Assembly (NCBI RefSeq): GCF_009914755.1
Contig: NC_060928.1
Strand: one strand, 5' to 3'
Length of the DNA stretch: 64,000 bases
DNA from: the human T2T-CHM13v2.0 reference genome, Homo sapiens
Within the stretch, counting starts at the first letter, position 1. Every line of letters starts with the position of its first letter. Of the stretch, positions 58,826-64,000 are shown piece by piece. The notes under the pieces were generated by a model. That model saw only the letters and a program-made list of their open reading frames with translations, did no database searches and was not told the DNA's origin. Made by a program: the position numbers and the translations under genes.

Positions 58826-60786
58826 CCAGGAATTGCTGTTCTTTTGGCTTAGACTGCCTTTCAAGCTTATTTAGAACCCCAGAGCACTTCAGCCCACGGT
58901 GGTGGGGCTTGATAAAACTCAAGTTCTGACCAGTGGGATGGATGATTCCCCTCTGGCTAGGGATGGTCTAAATGCTACCTCTGTGTGCGCCAGCTGAATT
59001 CTGCCCCATATTGCTCTCCACCATGACAGGGTAGCACTGAGTTCCAGTGCAAAGTCCCACAATCAGTGCTGTTTCCATCCTGCAAGCACACATTCTCCAT
59101 CTGCACCACATGGCTGCTGCTGGGGCATGGGCGGGTGGTGGTGTAGACAATTCAAGACTGTCTTTCCTACCCTCCTCAGTGCCTCTTTCCTCGATACAAT
59201 GTTAAAATCAGGTACTCTAAGTGCTCACCTGATGTTTTAATCTTATGAAGCTGTTTTCTTGTGTGGATAGTTGTACCGTTTGGTATTCCTATGGTGGGGA
59301 CAGTTGCTGGAAGGTTCTATTCAGCCATCTTGCTCTGCCTGTGCTCTGAGAGCTTTTCAGTTTTTTTGTTGTTGTTGTTGTTTTAATACATTAGGGATAA
59401 GATTCCTTTGTTGTTTTCATGTGTTACAAATATCTTCCACCATTTTTGGCTTAACTTTTTACATATTTACAATATTTTTTCACACAGAGAAGTTCAAATT
59501 TTATTATTACTTTTATTGAATTTGCCAATCTTTTCATAATGGTTTATATTTCTTTCTTATTTAAGAAATCAATCCCTATCTTATATATTTTTCTCCAAAT
59601 ATTCTTATTTCTGTTCTTTTTCACATTTTATCTTTAATCTACTTGGAATCTATCTTTTAGTGTGCTGTGAAATAGTGATGCAATTATAAGATTTTCTTCC
59701 ATGTAGATAACAAATTACACTATCATCATAGTTGTATTTTTAATGTACAGATTGTATCTCTGCTTAAATGTAATTTGCAGAAAGAATGTCTTAACCATTC
59801 CCATTGAGTTATATCCCACTTTTATATGTGCTATAATGTTTTATAATTCTCCTTCTTAAAAATCAAAATAATTTTAAATAATTGATTATTCATGTAATTA
59901 TTTATTAATTTCTGGTTTCACCCCTTCTCCTCCCCAAAATTATAAATTTCATGAGGACATAAACCATCTCTCACTTAAATCTATAACCTTGGTCCTGACG
60001 TGGTACGTAATTCAGAATAAATGCCTGTGAAAGTATTCAACTGATACATAAATAAATTATTTTATTTCCATAATGTGTGAGATGAAAATACATTGATTTA
60101 TGATGCCTTGAGTTTTTAACAAGGCTGAAAATAACCTTAAATTTTCCACGATTTATGTGATACTGAGTAAACGCTACTGCTTGAACTCTTATTATAAGTT
60201 TTTTATTTGTTTCTAAAAGGCTTCCACTTACACAGCTGGCTTCTTCCATCCAATTTGTAAGGGTATAAGAGATACAATAGGTATCCAGTATGCAAGTCAG
60301 TAAGACATGTAAAATCTGTGACATCGCATCCTACCTCCCACCTGGCCAATTTATCTACAATTACATAGAACTGTATATGAGCCATTTTCCTGAATATAAG
60401 AGTTTTTTGTTATGTTTTGTTTTTACCTTTTGGGTTCTTGAAATGAGTTCAACTTATTAAAATTTGGGAAATTCTTTCCAAATAATTTAGATGTTAGACA
60501 ATGAATTTTTAATGATTCTCAAGGTATTACTTCTTTAAAGTTGGAACAGAATGTGTAATAATCTTTTCTTTTTCAGTAAATAATATAAGTTCATTTTACA
60601 ACCAGTTGCTCACCTCTAGCCTAGAGTACCTTCAATGTTTCCAGAATTCTGGGCTGTCAGTTTTTGACATTTTAAAGTCTTATCCTGACAGTTTGTTTGT
60701 TGTTGTTGTTCATTTTCTGCCTTTTAAAAAAATAGTTGGGGAGTTCAGGTGGACTTCATAACTTTGACAGAGATCTTAAATGTGGA

Positions 60787-60816
60787 ATTTATTTATTTAT
60801 TTATTTATTTATTTAT
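60787..60816. repeat. (ATTT)7 microsatellite abutting an L2 3' end (about 60812-61045, -)
   Basis: Read directly; followed by ATTCAAATATTTAATGAGTGCTTACTAT. Confidence 0.85.
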
Positions 60817-61294
60817 GCATTCAAATATTTAATGAGTGCTTACTATTTCCCATTGATTATTCTAAGTGGAGAAGATACAATGGTGAAAAAGACATGCAAA
60901 ATTCCTGCACTGATTGCGCTTATATTGTTCTAGGGAGGTACATTACAAAAAAAAAAGATTATATAATGTTAGGTTGTAAGAAAAATAGATTATTGGGATA
61001 GAGAGTGACAAGCAGGGTGCTTTTTTAGATAGGGTTACCAAGGAAAAGAATAAATAAACCCTAAAACAAGAGTTTTACTTTACAATCCTCAAGAGCAAAT
61101 CTGGTGAATGTCCTAATTTACTAGTATCAAACTTTTTCACTCAAAACTCCAGCTTAACTAATTCACACCTGTTCTTTCCCAAAACTCTTCATATGTTTCC
61201 ATTTTCTCCATCCATATATTTGTAAAAGTTAATACTGCATCCTCAATCTATGTTGGTATTCATATGCTTTTTCTTATACTTTGCCATCTTTTCA

Positions 61295-63445
<2,151 letters not shown>

Positions 63446-64000
63446 CTAGATATGTGCCCACTTATATGCTGCATATAATTCTGCTTACCTGGAACCATTT
63501 AAGTATGCATGTACTTGGGTATATAAGAGTAAATATGTGTATATAAACCTGTAGGCAGCACAGTCAGAACTGTGTTTACATATGCACATACACACATGAA
63601 TTAAGGATAAAAGATATAGAAAAGATGAGGGAAACAACTATCCTGAGCATTGCTAGATATTTCCAAAATAATTACGTATTAAAATTGAATTATCATTGCA
63701 GAGCCAAAACACAGCAGGGGGCAGAGTTCAGAAATGTTCCTCTAGGTCAGCTGTGCCAGTTCTGTAATCTGTGAGCAAATTACTCAAAATATAGCAGGGA
63801 CATAATTAAATATTTCAACACTATTGTCAACAGAATATATTAAGCACTTAACTCCTTAAAAAGACAATAATTGTAATAGTGGAATCCACTTTATACTAGT
63901 CATACTCAATTCAGCTTTTAAATGTTATCTATTTAAAATGGACAGTTATTACTTACAATATATATGTAAGTATAAATATATTTAATATGTATGTAAATAT

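Overview
AT-rich primate genomic DNA, probably human because it carries AluYb-lineage diagnostics. It is intronic or intergenic and dominated by interspersed repeats; no known protein-coding gene, RNA gene or CRISPR array is recognisable. Main elements: a full-length but disabled L1PA3-like LINE (24144-30308, +), an apparently full-length old L1MA3-like LINE (-) with a nested L1PA4-like piece and a truncated Alu, an L1PA11-13-like fragment with a 19-bp TSD, several Alus, LTRs (MER31, MER74-like, MLT1), DNA transposon relics (MER82, Tigger3, MER115-like) and many L2/MIR remnants. The most notable structures are: (1) a two-donor templated inverted insertion that splits a MER31 LTR; (2) two L1 insertions at the same target site, giving a triple TSD; (3) a mosaic AluY/AluYb element; (4) non-consensus variants shared by two inverted L1 copies 20 kb apart; (5) a speculative in-frame L1 ORF0 fusion to minus-strand candidate exons; (6) several template-switch hairpins. 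Subfamily names rest on remembered consensus sequences, and boundaries of old repeats are approximate.
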